Source: Acidobacteriota bacterium
GTDB lineage: Bacteria; Acidobacteriota; Thermoanaerobaculia; Gp7-AA8
Reading direction: 5' to 3'
Assembly (NCBI GenBank): GCA_019244185.1
Contig: JAFATB010000013.1
Location: 66,438 to 130,437 of the forward strand
DNA: 64,000 bases
This document shows positions 12,029-21,217 of this stretch, piece by piece. The position numbers and the translations under genes are program-made. The notes under the pieces were generated by a model, which did not search any database, was not told the origin of the DNA, and worked only from the letters and a program-made list of their open reading frames with translations. Every line of letters begins with the position of its first letter. The stretch's first letter is position 1.

Positions 12029-13359
12029 ACAAGATGATCGCGGTGCTCAAGCGCGAGTACCTTCAAGCCGTCCGCAAGAAGATGTTCATCATCATGACCT
12101 TCGCGTTCCCGTTCCTGATGGGCGCGATGATCACGCTGCCGGGCCTCATGGTCTCGCGCGGCCTCGGCACGAAGCGCATCGCGGTGCTCGACGGCACGGG
12201 CAGCCTGCGCGACGCGTTCAATCGTCCCAACGAGCAGCCGAAGAAGGACGCGAAAGACGAGGCGCGCGCCGCCCTCTCCGGCCGCCGTCAGATGGAGATC
12301 CCGTCCGAGCTCGACATCGAATACGTCGATCAGCAGAACATCGCGGACGTACAGCAGGCCGCCGATCCGTATCTCAAGAGCCTGCGCGCCGAAGGGAAGA
12401 ACGCGCACTACGACGGCGTCCTGGTCATTCCGCGCGACGCGATGACCTCGGACGACGCGAAGCTCACGTATTACAGCCGCAGCGCCACCGACCTCGTCAC
12501 GCAGGAGCGCCTCGGCCGCCTCGCGAACAAAGTCATCCAGCGCCACCGTCTCGCCGCGAACGGCATCAACATCGAGACCGTGGAGAAGCTGACGACGGAC
12601 GTTCCCGTCGAGAGCGTGCAGATCTCGCGGAGCGGCGAGCAGAAGAAAGGCGGCGACATGAACTTCATGCTCGCCTTCGTCTTCGCCGCGCTCCTGCTGC
12701 TGCCGTCGTTCATCTACGGCAACGACATCATGCGCGGCATCGTGCAGGAGAAGACGGAGCGCGTCGTCGAGGTGCTGATCTCGTCGATGAAGCCGTTCGA
12801 GCTGCTCACCGGCAAGATCCTCGGCGTGGCCAGCGTCGGCCTCACGCAGATCAGCGTCTGGATCGCGATGCTCGCCATCGCCGGCGCGTACGGCGTGGCC
12901 GCGGCGTCGATGGCGGGGATCAACGTCGCGCAGTTCCTCCGCCCGATCGTCTTCGTCTACTTCTTCGTCTTCTTCATCCTCGCGTACCTCACCTACGTCT
13001 GCGTCTACGCGATCGCCGGCGCGATCTCGAACTCGGAGAAAGAAGCGCAGCAGTTCGTCGCGCCGATCAGTCTCGTCATGATGGCGCCGTGGTTCATGAT
13101 GTTCCCGATCATCATGAATCCCGACTCGAAGCTGGCGGTGGCGTTCTCGCTGATGCCGGTGTTCGGACCGATCACGATGTTCGTGCGCACGCTCGTGTCG
13201 GAGCCGCCGCTGTGGCACATCGCGGTCTCGATCGCGGTGTCGCTCGTGACGATCGGCGTCTTCTTCTGGACCACCGGAAAGATCTTCCGCGTCGGCATCC
13301 TGTCGTACGGCAAGCGTCCGACGATTCCGGAGCTGTGGAGGTGGATGAAGGTGGCGTGA
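12025..13359 (+). CDS. ABC-2 family transporter permease (NatB-like)
   Basis: 4-nt overlap with the ATPase gene. N-terminal TM, large periplasmic loop, then a C-terminal 5-TM bundle typical of ABC-2 permeases. Confidence 0.85.
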   Translation: MNKMIAVLKREYLQAVRKKMFIIMTFAFPFLMGAMITLPGLMVSRGLGTKRIAVLDGTGSLRDAFNRPNEQPKKDAKDEARAALSGRRQMEIPSELDIEYVDQQNIADVQQAADPYLKSLRAEGKNAHYDGVLVIPRDAMTSDDAKLTYYSRSATDLVTQERLGRLANKVIQRHRLAANGINIETVEKLTTDVPVESVQISRSGEQKKGGDMNFMLAFVFAALLLLPSFIYGNDIMRGIVQEKTERVVEVLISSMKPFELLTGKILGVASVGLTQISVWIAMLAIAGAYGVAAASMAGINVAQFLRPIVFVYFFVFFILAYLTYVCVYAIAGAISNSEKEAQQFVAPISLVMMAPWFMMFPIIMNPDSKLAVAFSLMPVFGPITMFVRTLVSEPPLWHIAVSIAVSLVTIGVFFWTTGKIFRVGILSYGKRPTIPELWRWMKVA

Positions 13360-13422
13360 GCGGGCGGGCGCGTCGCGCTGATATCATCGGCGCCCTCAGC
13401 ACTATCCGAGGGAGACGCGTGC

Positions 13423-15240
13423 ATGCAGGAACCGAAGACTCTGAACGACATCTACGCGGTGACGTGTTCGATCGACCGACCCGCGATCATGAAGTCGAAG
13501 CGCGGCGGCAAATGGGTCGACGTGTCGGTCCCGGAGTTTCGCGACACCGTCCGCTGGCTCTCCTCGGCGCTGCATGAGCTCGGCGTGAAGCCGGGCGATC
13601 GCGTCGGCATCCTCTCCGAGAATCGTCCCGAGTGGACGATCGCCGACTTCGCGATCCTGACCGCCGGCGGCGTGAGCGTGCCGGTCTATCCGACGCTCCT
13701 CGGCTGGCAGATCGAGTACATCCTCAATGACGCCGGCACCGTCGCCGTCATCTGCTCGAATCAGGAGCAGCTCGACAAGGTGCTCGAGATCCGCCCGCAC
13801 GTGCCATGTCTGCACACGATAATCGTCTGCGATCCGCCCGCGAACCTTCCCGCGGGCGTGAAGACGTATCACGACGTCGTCGAGGCAGGCCGGCGTTGGG
13901 AGGCGGCGCACGGGCCGAACTGGTTCGAGCAGTCGCGCACGCGCGCGACGCCGGGCGATCTCGCGACGCTCGTCTATACGTCGGGCACGACGGGCAATCC
14001 GAAAGGCGCGATGCTGACGCACGGCAACATCACCAGCAACGTCGTCACCGTGCGCGACATCGTGCCGTTCCGCACCGGCGACACCGCGCTCTCGATCCTG
14101 CCGCTCTCGCACATTCTCGAGCGCATGACCGACTTCCTCTTCTTCTACAAGGGCGGCACGATCGCGTACGCGGAGAACGTCAACAAAGTCGCCGACAACC
14201 TCGCGGAGGTGCGGCCGCAGTACTTCGCGGCGGTGCCGCGGCTCTTCGAGAAAATGCGTTCGCGCATCCTCGACAACGTCGCCACCGCACCGGCGGTGCG
14301 GCAGAAGATCTTCCGCTGGGCGCTCGGCGTCGCGGAGGAGCGGCTGCCGATGATGGTGGAGAAGAAGCCGCTCACCGGCATGCTGAAGATCAAGTCCGCG
14401 ATCGCGGACAAACTGGTCTTCAGCAAGATCGTGGAGCGCCTCGGCGGCAACGTGAAGTACGTCGTCTCCGGCGGCGCGCCGCTCTCGGCCGACCTCGCGG
14501 CCTTCTTCATCGGCGCGGGCGTGGAGATCCTCGAAGGCTACGGCCTCACCGAAACGTCGCCGGTCATCGCGGTCAATCGTCCCGACAAGCGCCGCATCGG
14601 CAGCGTCGGTCCGATCATCCCCGGCATCGAGGTGAAGATCGCCGAGGACGGTGAGATCCTCACCCGCGGACCGCACGTGATGAAAGGCTACTGGAACAAT
14701 CCCGACGCGACGGCGCAGGCCATCGACGCGCAGGGCTGGTTCCATACCGGCGACATCGGCGAGATCGACCGCGACGGCTTCCTCAAGATCACCGACCGCA
14801 AGAAAGACATCATCATCAACGCGTATGGCAAGAACATCGCGCCGCAGCCGCTCGAGGCGCTGCTCAAGAGCTCTCCGTACGTCGGCACGCCGGTGCTCAT
14901 CGGCGACCGCCGCAAGTTCCTCACCGCGCTGATCGTGCCGAACTTCGAGAAGCTCGAGCGCGACGCGGCGTCGCTGGGCGTCTCCGTGCATTCGCGCGAG
15001 GAGCTCGTGAACAACGAGCGCATCCGCGCGCTGATCCAGGACGAGATCGACCGCTTCAACCAGAACCTCGACCGGCAGGAGAAGATCCGCCGCTTCGCGC
15101 TCCTTCCGCGCGACTTCACGATCGAGGAAGACGAGATCACGCCGTCGCTCAAGGTGAAGCGGAAGGTGATCGACAAAAAATACAAGCAGGTGATCGACTC
15201 GCTGTACGCGGACGAGAACCTCGTGGAAGCCTCCGCATGA
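13423..15240 (+). CDS. fadD: long-chain fatty acid--CoA ligase (AMP-dependent synthetase)
   Basis: AMP-binding signature LVYTSGTTGNPKGAMLTH, an A8-type motif (GWFHTGDIGEIDRDGFLKITDRKKD), and a long-chain-type insertion. Confidence 0.9.
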   Translation: MQEPKTLNDIYAVTCSIDRPAIMKSKRGGKWVDVSVPEFRDTVRWLSSALHELGVKPGDRVGILSENRPEWTIADFAILTAGGVSVPVYPTLLGWQIEYILNDAGTVAVICSNQEQLDKVLEIRPHVPCLHTIIVCDPPANLPAGVKTYHDVVEAGRRWEAAHGPNWFEQSRTRATPGDLATLVYTSGTTGNPKGAMLTHGNITSNVVTVRDIVPFRTGDTALSILPLSHILERMTDFLFFYKGGTIAYAENVNKVADNLAEVRPQYFAAVPRLFEKMRSRILDNVATAPAVRQKIFRWALGVAEERLPMMVEKKPLTGMLKIKSAIADKLVFSKIVERLGGNVKYVVSGGAPLSADLAAFFIGAGVEILEGYGLTETSPVIAVNRPDKRRIGSVGPIIPGIEVKIAEDGEILTRGPHVMKGYWNNPDATAQAIDAQGWFHTGDIGEIDRDGFLKITDRKKDIIINAYGKNIAPQPLEALLKSSPYVGTPVLIGDRRKFLTALIVPNFEKLERDAASLGVSVHSREELVNNERIRALIQDEIDRFNQNLDRQEKIRRFALLPRDFTIEEDEITPSLKVKRKVIDKKYKQVIDSLYADENLVEASA

Positions 15241-17390
15241 CCTCTGTCGCTGAAGTCCCTCATTCCGCCGCCGCGGGCGGCCGCGCCTTCATCGTGCAAC
15301 GCGACGGCGACACCGCCGTGGTCTGGTTCGATCTGCCGAACGAGAAGGTGAACAAGTTCTCGACGCCGGTGCTGCACGAGCTCTCATCGGTCGTCGACGA
15401 GCTCGCGTCGGCGAGCGAACTGCGCAGCGTGATCTTCGCCTCGCGCAAGTCCGGCATCTTCATCGCCGGCGCCGACGTCACGGAGTTCACGACCGTCGCC
15501 GGCCCGGAGCAGGCGCGCGCGTACGTCGAGCTCGGCCAGCAGGTGTTCACGAAAGTGGCGAATCTCCCGCAGACCACCGTCGCCGCGATCGACGGCGCGT
15601 GCCTCGGCGGCGGCTGCGAGCTCGCGCTCAGCTGCGACTGGCGCGTGATGACGGACTCGCCGCGGTCGCAGATCGGACTGCCCGAGGTGAAGCTCGGCAT
15701 CTTTCCGGCGTGGGGCGGCACGAGCAAACTGCCGCGTCTCATCGGATTGCCCGCGGCGCTCGACATCGTGCTGAACGGACGCACGCTCGACGCGAAACGC
15801 GCCAAGCGCACGGGACTCGTCGACGAGGTCGTCGAGCGCGGCATCCTCCTCGACACCGCCAGGAAGTTCGCGGCGCGCGGCAAGCGCAAACGCGGCTCCG
15901 GACGCACGAAGTTCTACATCGAAGGCAATCCGCTCGCGCGCAACGTCATCTTCGGCAAGGCGCGCAAGGCCGTGCTCGCGCAGACGCGCGGGCAGTATCC
16001 GGCGCCGCTCAAAGCGATCGAGGTGATGGAGTACGCGATGGCGAACGGCGTCGCGCGCGGCATGCAGCGCGAGGCCGAGGAAGCGGCGAAGCTCGTGTCG
16101 AACGACGTCGCGCAGAACCTCGTGCGGCTGTTCTTTCTCATGGAGTCGTCGAAGAAAGATCCGCTCGCGGCGAAGCCCGCGGACGTCTCGTACGTCGGCG
16201 TCCTCGGCGCGGGCGTGATGGGCGGCGGCATCGCGCAACTCGTGGCGGACAAGACCGACGCCGACGTGCGCATGCGCGACATCGCCTGGAAGGCGATCGG
16301 CGGCGGCATGAAGGCCGCGGCGAAGATCTGGAAGAAGAAAGTCGAGCGCCGGCGCATGACGCGCGGCGAGATGCAGCGCAAGCTCGCGCGCATCACCGCG
16401 ACGACGGACTGGAGCGGCTTCTCGCGCGCCGACGTCGTGATCGAAGCGGTCGTCGAGAACCTCAACATCAAGAGACAGGTCCTCGCGGAGTTCGAAGCGG
16501 TCGAGAAGCCGGGCGCGATCTTCGCGACGAACACGTCCACGATTCCCATCACGCAGATCGCCGCCGAGGCGAAGCATCCCGAGAACGTCGTCGGCATGCA
16601 CTTCTTCAATCCCGTCGACCGCATGCCGCTCGTCGAAGTGATCCGCGGCGAGAAGACGTCGGACGCGGCCATGGTCACCGTGGCGAACCTCGCGCGGAAG
16701 ATGGGCAAGACGGTCGTTTACTGCAACGACGGTCCGGGCTTCGTCGTCAACCGCATCCTCGGCCCGTACATGAACGAGTCGGGATTCCTGATCGAGGAAG
16801 GGAACTCGATCGAGTCGCTCGACAAGGCGATGGTCGACTTCGGGATGCCGATGGGACCGATGGCGCTGCTCGACGAAGTCGGCATCGACGTCGCGGCGAA
16901 AGTGGCGGGCATTCTCTCCGAGGCGTTCGGCGCGCGCATGGAGAAATCGGGCGTCGTCGAAAAACTCTATGCCGATGGTCGCTACGGCAAGAAGAACGGG
17001 AAAGGGTTGTACCTCTACGAGCACGGCAAGCGGACGAAGCCCGACGCTTCGGTCTACAAGCTCCTCGGCATCCGCGCGCCGCATCCGGCGGACGAGAAGG
17101 CGGTCGTCGAGCGGATGCTGCTGGCGATGATCAACGAGGCGTCGCTGATCCTCGACGAGAAGATCGTGGCCACGGCGGCCGAGCTCGATCTGGCGATGAT
17201 CATGGGCACCGGGTTTCCGCCGTTCCGCGGCGGACTGCTGCGTTACGCGGACTCTCTGGGATTGCCCTACGTGCTCGCGCGCCTCGACGAGCTGTCGTCG
17301 CGGGTGGGTCCGCGCTTCGCGCCGAACGCGCCGCTGAAGCGCCTCGCGGAACGCGACGGGAAGTTCCATCAGGCGTACGCGCGTTCGTAG
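15237..17390 (+). CDS. fadB: fatty acid oxidation complex alpha subunit (enoyl-CoA hydratase / 3-hydroxyacyl-CoA dehydrogenase)
   Basis: N-terminal crotonase fold (AAIDGACLGGGCELAL) followed by an NAD-binding 3HCDH domain (VGVLGAGVMGGGIA). Coupled to fadD by a 4-nt overlap. Confidence 0.9.
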   Translation: MTSVAEVPHSAAAGGRAFIVQRDGDTAVVWFDLPNEKVNKFSTPVLHELSSVVDELASASELRSVIFASRKSGIFIAGADVTEFTTVAGPEQARAYVELGQQVFTKVANLPQTTVAAIDGACLGGGCELALSCDWRVMTDSPRSQIGLPEVKLGIFPAWGGTSKLPRLIGLPAALDIVLNGRTLDAKRAKRTGLVDEVVERGILLDTARKFAARGKRKRGSGRTKFYIEGNPLARNVIFGKARKAVLAQTRGQYPAPLKAIEVMEYAMANGVARGMQREAEEAAKLVSNDVAQNLVRLFFLMESSKKDPLAAKPADVSYVGVLGAGVMGGGIAQLVADKTDADVRMRDIAWKAIGGGMKAAAKIWKKKVERRRMTRGEMQRKLARITATTDWSGFSRADVVIEAVVENLNIKRQVLAEFEAVEKPGAIFATNTSTIPITQIAAEAKHPENVVGMHFFNPVDRMPLVEVIRGEKTSDAAMVTVANLARKMGKTVVYCNDGPGFVVNRILGPYMNESGFLIEEGNSIESLDKAMVDFGMPMGPMALLDEVGIDVAAKVAGILSEAFGARMEKSGVVEKLYADGRYGKKNGKGLYLYEHGKRTKPDASVYKLLGIRAPHPADEKAVVERMLLAMINEASLILDEKIVATAAELDLAMIMGTGFPPFRGGLLRYADSLGLPYVLARLDELSSRVGPRFAPNAPLKRLAERDGKFHQAYARS

Positions 17391-17396
17391 CCGCGT

Positions 17397-19193
17397 TTGG
17401 ATTTCGCGCTGCCGGACCTGCTGACTCGCCGCGAGCGGACGATCGTCTGGATCGTCGCGCTCGTCTGTGCGGCGTCGCGCTTCCTGGCCATGGCGCGCTC
17501 GGTGTGGGACTGGGACGAGGCGCTCTTCTGCCTCGCCATGCGCGACTACGACGTCACGCTGCACCATCCGCATCCGCCGGGGTTCCCGCTGTACATCGCC
17601 ATGGCGAAGATGCTGCGCTTCGTCATTCCGAGCGACTTCCGCGCGCTGCAGGCGGTGAACCTCATCGCCGGGATGCTCGTCTTTCCGGCGATGTTCCTGC
17701 TCGCGCGCGAGCTGCGGCTGCGCTTCCGCACGTCGGTCATCGCCGCGGCGCTCTTCGCGTTTTTCCCGAACGTCTGGTTCTTCGGCGGCGGCGCGTTCAG
17801 CGACATCCCGTCGATCGTGGTGGTCGTGTTCGCGGCGGCGCTGCTGTTCCGCGGCGCGCGCGACCGCAACGCGTACTGGCTCGGTACGTTTCTCCTGGCG
17901 ATCGCGATCGGCATCCGTCCGCAGAATCTGCTGGTCGGACTCTTTCCCGGCATCTACGCGACGCGCAGACGGAAGCCGGGCGAGATCGCGGTCGCGCTGC
18001 TGATGGGCATCGTCATCACGGCCGCCGCATTCGGCGGCGCGGTGTACGCGACGGGCAACGCGCACGAGTACCTGCGCGTCGTGCGCGAGCATGGCGACTA
18101 CATCTCGCGGATTGATTCGTTCCGCAGTCCGGATCGTCCGCCGCTGTGGCGGCTCTTCGATCGCTTCTTCATCAAGCAGTACCAGTCGCCGGCGCTGAGC
18201 ATCCTCACGTCGATCGCCGTGGCGATCTCGATCGTGGGCGCGATCCGCACGCGCAGCAGGCCGATGCTCTGGAACGCGCTGACGTTCGGGCCGTTCGCGA
18301 TCTTCGCGTGGATGATGCTCGACCGCTTCAGCATCAGCCGCTTCTCGATCGGCTACGCGCCGATGTTCGCGTTCTTCGCCGCGGACGGTTTCGAGCGCAT
18401 CGAACGCTTCGTGACGATCCGCCGACCATCATGGAGAGTCGCGGTGCCGCTCGCGATCGCGCTGATCGCCGGTTTCATCGCGTACACGCTGCCGGCGCTG
18501 ACGCCGGTGCGCAACGAGGTCGCGCCGTCCATCCTCGCGGCGCGCGCGGTCGCGGAGCACGTCGATCCGCGGACCGATCAACTCTTCGCCGGACACACGA
18601 TGTCGAAGTTCCTCGACCTCGTGCTGCCGGGCATGCCGTACACGCGCGTGATGGACGACCGCGCCATGCCGCTCTCCGCGCGCGGCCGCGCGTGGCTGCT
18701 CGCGGAGATCACGGAGACGAAACCGGAGGGCTACGTCTTCACGCGCGAGCGCGGGCATCTCTGGAACATCGCGCGCCGGCATTACTTCGAGATCAAGCTC
18801 GCGCCGATCGTCGAGCGCCCGCGGTTCATCTCCGGCTGGTACGGCCCGGAAGTCACCGACATTCACGAGTGGCGCTGGATGGGACGCCGTTCCGTGACGC
18901 TGCTGCCGCCGATGCCGGAACGGACATCGGGCCGCACGCTGTTGCGGATGCACATCGGCATTCCGGGCGAGGTGATGCCGCTCAATCCGCGGATCACGAT
19001 CCGCCTCAACGGCCGCGTGGTCGACGAGTTCCACACGACCGAGGGATATCTCGAACGCGACTATCGCGTCGACGCGGCGCCGCGCGGACTGCCGAACGTG
19101 CTCGAGCTGTCGATCGACCGCACGGTCACTCCGAAGGACGACGGCCGCGAGCTGGGGCTGCGGGTGCGCTATCTCGGATGGGGACCAGCGTAG
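17397..19193 (+). CDS. GT39/ArnT-like membrane glycosyltransferase with C-terminal soluble domain
   Basis: TTG start. About 10 TM helices with the DxD-like DWDE loop near the N-terminus (SVWDWDEALF), typical of PMT/ArnT/GT83-GT39 glycosyltransferases, plus a ~200-aa C-terminal domain. Confidence 0.55.
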   Translation: MDFALPDLLTRRERTIVWIVALVCAASRFLAMARSVWDWDEALFCLAMRDYDVTLHHPHPPGFPLYIAMAKMLRFVIPSDFRALQAVNLIAGMLVFPAMFLLARELRLRFRTSVIAAALFAFFPNVWFFGGGAFSDIPSIVVVVFAAALLFRGARDRNAYWLGTFLLAIAIGIRPQNLLVGLFPGIYATRRRKPGEIAVALLMGIVITAAAFGGAVYATGNAHEYLRVVREHGDYISRIDSFRSPDRPPLWRLFDRFFIKQYQSPALSILTSIAVAISIVGAIRTRSRPMLWNALTFGPFAIFAWMMLDRFSISRFSIGYAPMFAFFAADGFERIERFVTIRRPSWRVAVPLAIALIAGFIAYTLPALTPVRNEVAPSILAARAVAEHVDPRTDQLFAGHTMSKFLDLVLPGMPYTRVMDDRAMPLSARGRAWLLAEITETKPEGYVFTRERGHLWNIARRHYFEIKLAPIVERPRFISGWYGPEVTDIHEWRWMGRRSVTLLPPMPERTSGRTLLRMHIGIPGEVMPLNPRITIRLNGRVVDEFHTTEGYLERDYRVDAAPRGLPNVLELSIDRTVTPKDDGRELGLRVRYLGWGPA

Positions 19194-21168
19194 ACGGATC
19201 GCCGTCGAGCTCCGGCGAGCGGATCCCGCGCACGAACCACTGCATCCACGCGACGTCCTGCGCATCGCGCAGCCGCAGATGCGCGGGCTGCCGCAGGTCG
19301 TGCTCCTCGTCGGGATAGCGGATGAGGCGCGCGGTGCGGCCGAAGCGGCGCAGCGCGACGAAGAAGTTCATCGACTGGAACGGCGCGCAGCTCGTGTCGA
19401 GATCGCCGTGATGCAGCAGCGTCGGCGTGTGCACGCGGTCAGCGTGCGTGAGGCTGCTGCGCTCGCGCCACGCGTCCGGGTTCGACCACGGATTGCCGCC
19501 GATGAACCAGCGCTCGTTGCTGTAGTAGGCGACGCTGCCGTAGTCGGCGATCCAGTCGCTGACCATCGCGCCGAGGGACGCGGCGCGGAAGCGGTTCGTC
19601 TTCGTGAGCGTGTAGCCGCCGAGGATCGCGCCGTAGGACCAGCCGTCGACGGCGAGGCGGTGCGGGTCGGCGATGCCGCGCGCGATCATCGCGTCGACGC
19701 CGGTCATCGCGTCGCGGCGATCGCCGCCGCCGAGGTCGAACTTGTTCGCGCGGATGAACGCGTCGTCGTAGTTGCTCGATCCGCGCACGACGACGGAGAG
19801 CTGCGCGTAGCCGAGTCCCGCGTAGACCTGGTTCTTCGTCGCGAACGTGTTCGTCCAGCCGCAGCCGGGGCCGCAGGGGAGGTGCACGATGAGCGGCAGC
19901 GGCTTTTTCACCGCGAGCTCGGGCGGCGGCAGGTACAGCAGCCCTTCGATGCGCAGGCCGTCGACGCTCTTCCAGTGCACGAGCTGCACGGAGCCGAGCG
20001 CGAGGTCGTTGGATATCCATGCATTGAGGTCGGTGATGCGGTGCTGGCGTTCGCCGCGGTCGTCGACATTGCCGATGTAGAGCTCGGGCGGCGTCGCGAA
20101 ATCCTGATACGTGTACGCGAACGTGCGCGCGTCCGCCGACCACGAGCTCGCGCGCGCGGAGCCATGCGTCGCGAGCAGTGGCGCAATCGCGCCGGTGGCG
20201 ACGTCGACCCGCACGGGGAAGCGCGCGGTACCGTAGCCGCTTTGCGTGAAGATCGACTTGCCGTCCGGCGAGAAAAACGGCGTTCCGGAGAAGCGGCCGG
20301 TGCGTTTCGGCGTGAGCAGTTGCGTCGTACCCGTGGCGACGTCCACGCGCCAGAAGTCGCCGTTGCCGAGCTCCCAGCGGTCGAGGCGCACGGCGTTGAA
20401 GAGGATCCACGTGCCGTCGGGCGACCAGCGCGGCGTCGATTCCGGCGCGGCGTTGTGCGTGAGCTGGCGTGTCGTGCCGCTGGCGAGGTCGACGACGAAG
20501 AGCTCTGTTTTCCAGCGCGTGTTGCGGCCGTTGTCGGGACGCGCGGCGACGACGGCGCGGCGGCCGTCGGGCGCGAGATCGGCGCTGTCGATCGACCACG
20601 CGCGCTGCGTGACGCGCGTCAGCGTTTCGGTTTTCAGGTCGTAGCGATAGAGGTTGTCCCACGCGACGCGCGTCTGGCCGTTCGAGCCTTCGTCGACGAA
20701 CGCGACGTCGCTCGTCGCGCCCGGCGCCGCAGGATGTTCGTCCGAACGGATCGCGAGCAGCGACGCGCCGCCGCGCGCGAGCTGCCACGACCACGGCACC
20801 TCGCCGTCGATGTGGCTGTGCTGGATCGCGCTCGTTTCGCCGACGCGTTGTTCGAAGAGCTGCCCTTTGCGCGTGAAGAACACCGACTTCGAATCGGGCG
20901 CCCACATCGGCGAGCGATCGCCTTCGGCGAGAAACAACTTCGCCGCGGGATCGCCATGCGACGACGCGAGCCACGTCGTCGCGTGCCGTGCGTTTTCATC
21001 AAGTGCGATGCGCTCGATCGTGTAGAGCACCCACTGCCCGTCCGGCGAGAGCTGCGGATTGCCGGGCTCGACGACGCGGAACTGATCGTCGATCGACATC
21101 GGCCGTTTGTGCGGTTGCGCGGACGCGAGCGCAGCGACGAGGCAGGAGAGGAGCACGAGGCGCTTCAT
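19126..21168 (-). CDS. S9 family serine peptidase (prolyl oligopeptidase/acylaminoacyl-peptidase type) with N-terminal beta-propeller
   Basis: Signal peptide. TolB-like propeller repeats (SPDG..W, WAPDSKS). C-terminal alpha/beta hydrolase with GWSYGA nucleophile elbow, D and H present. Confidence 0.85.
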   Translation of the reverse strand: MKRLVLLSCLVAALASAQPHKRPMSIDDQFRVVEPGNPQLSPDGQWVLYTIERIALDENARHATTWLASSHGDPAAKLFLAEGDRSPMWAPDSKSVFFTRKGQLFEQRVGETSAIQHSHIDGEVPWSWQLARGGASLLAIRSDEHPAAPGATSDVAFVDEGSNGQTRVAWDNLYRYDLKTETLTRVTQRAWSIDSADLAPDGRRAVVAARPDNGRNTRWKTELFVVDLASGTTRQLTHNAAPESTPRWSPDGTWILFNAVRLDRWELGNGDFWRVDVATGTTQLLTPKRTGRFSGTPFFSPDGKSIFTQSGYGTARFPVRVDVATGAIAPLLATHGSARASSWSADARTFAYTYQDFATPPELYIGNVDDRGERQHRITDLNAWISNDLALGSVQLVHWKSVDGLRIEGLLYLPPPELAVKKPLPLIVHLPCGPGCGWTNTFATKNQVYAGLGYAQLSVVVRGSSNYDDAFIRANKFDLGGGDRRDAMTGVDAMIARGIADPHRLAVDGWSYGAILGGYTLTKTNRFRAASLGAMVSDWIADYGSVAYYSNERWFIGGNPWSNPDAWRERSSLTHADRVHTPTLLHHGDLDTSCAPFQSMNFFVALRRFGRTARLIRYPDEEHDLRQPAHLRLRDAQDVAWMQWFVRGIRSPELDGDPSTLVPIRDSAPAAPARGRRPSE

Positions 21169-21217
21169 GCGCGAAGCATGAGCCGCGACCGCGCGCCGCG
21201 TCTTGTCAAAACGAAAG

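Noticed and set aside
15384-18092. 902-aa minus-strand ORF antisense to fadB and the glycosyltransferase
   Set aside because: Arg/Asp/Glu-rich shadow of two strongly supported plus-strand genes.
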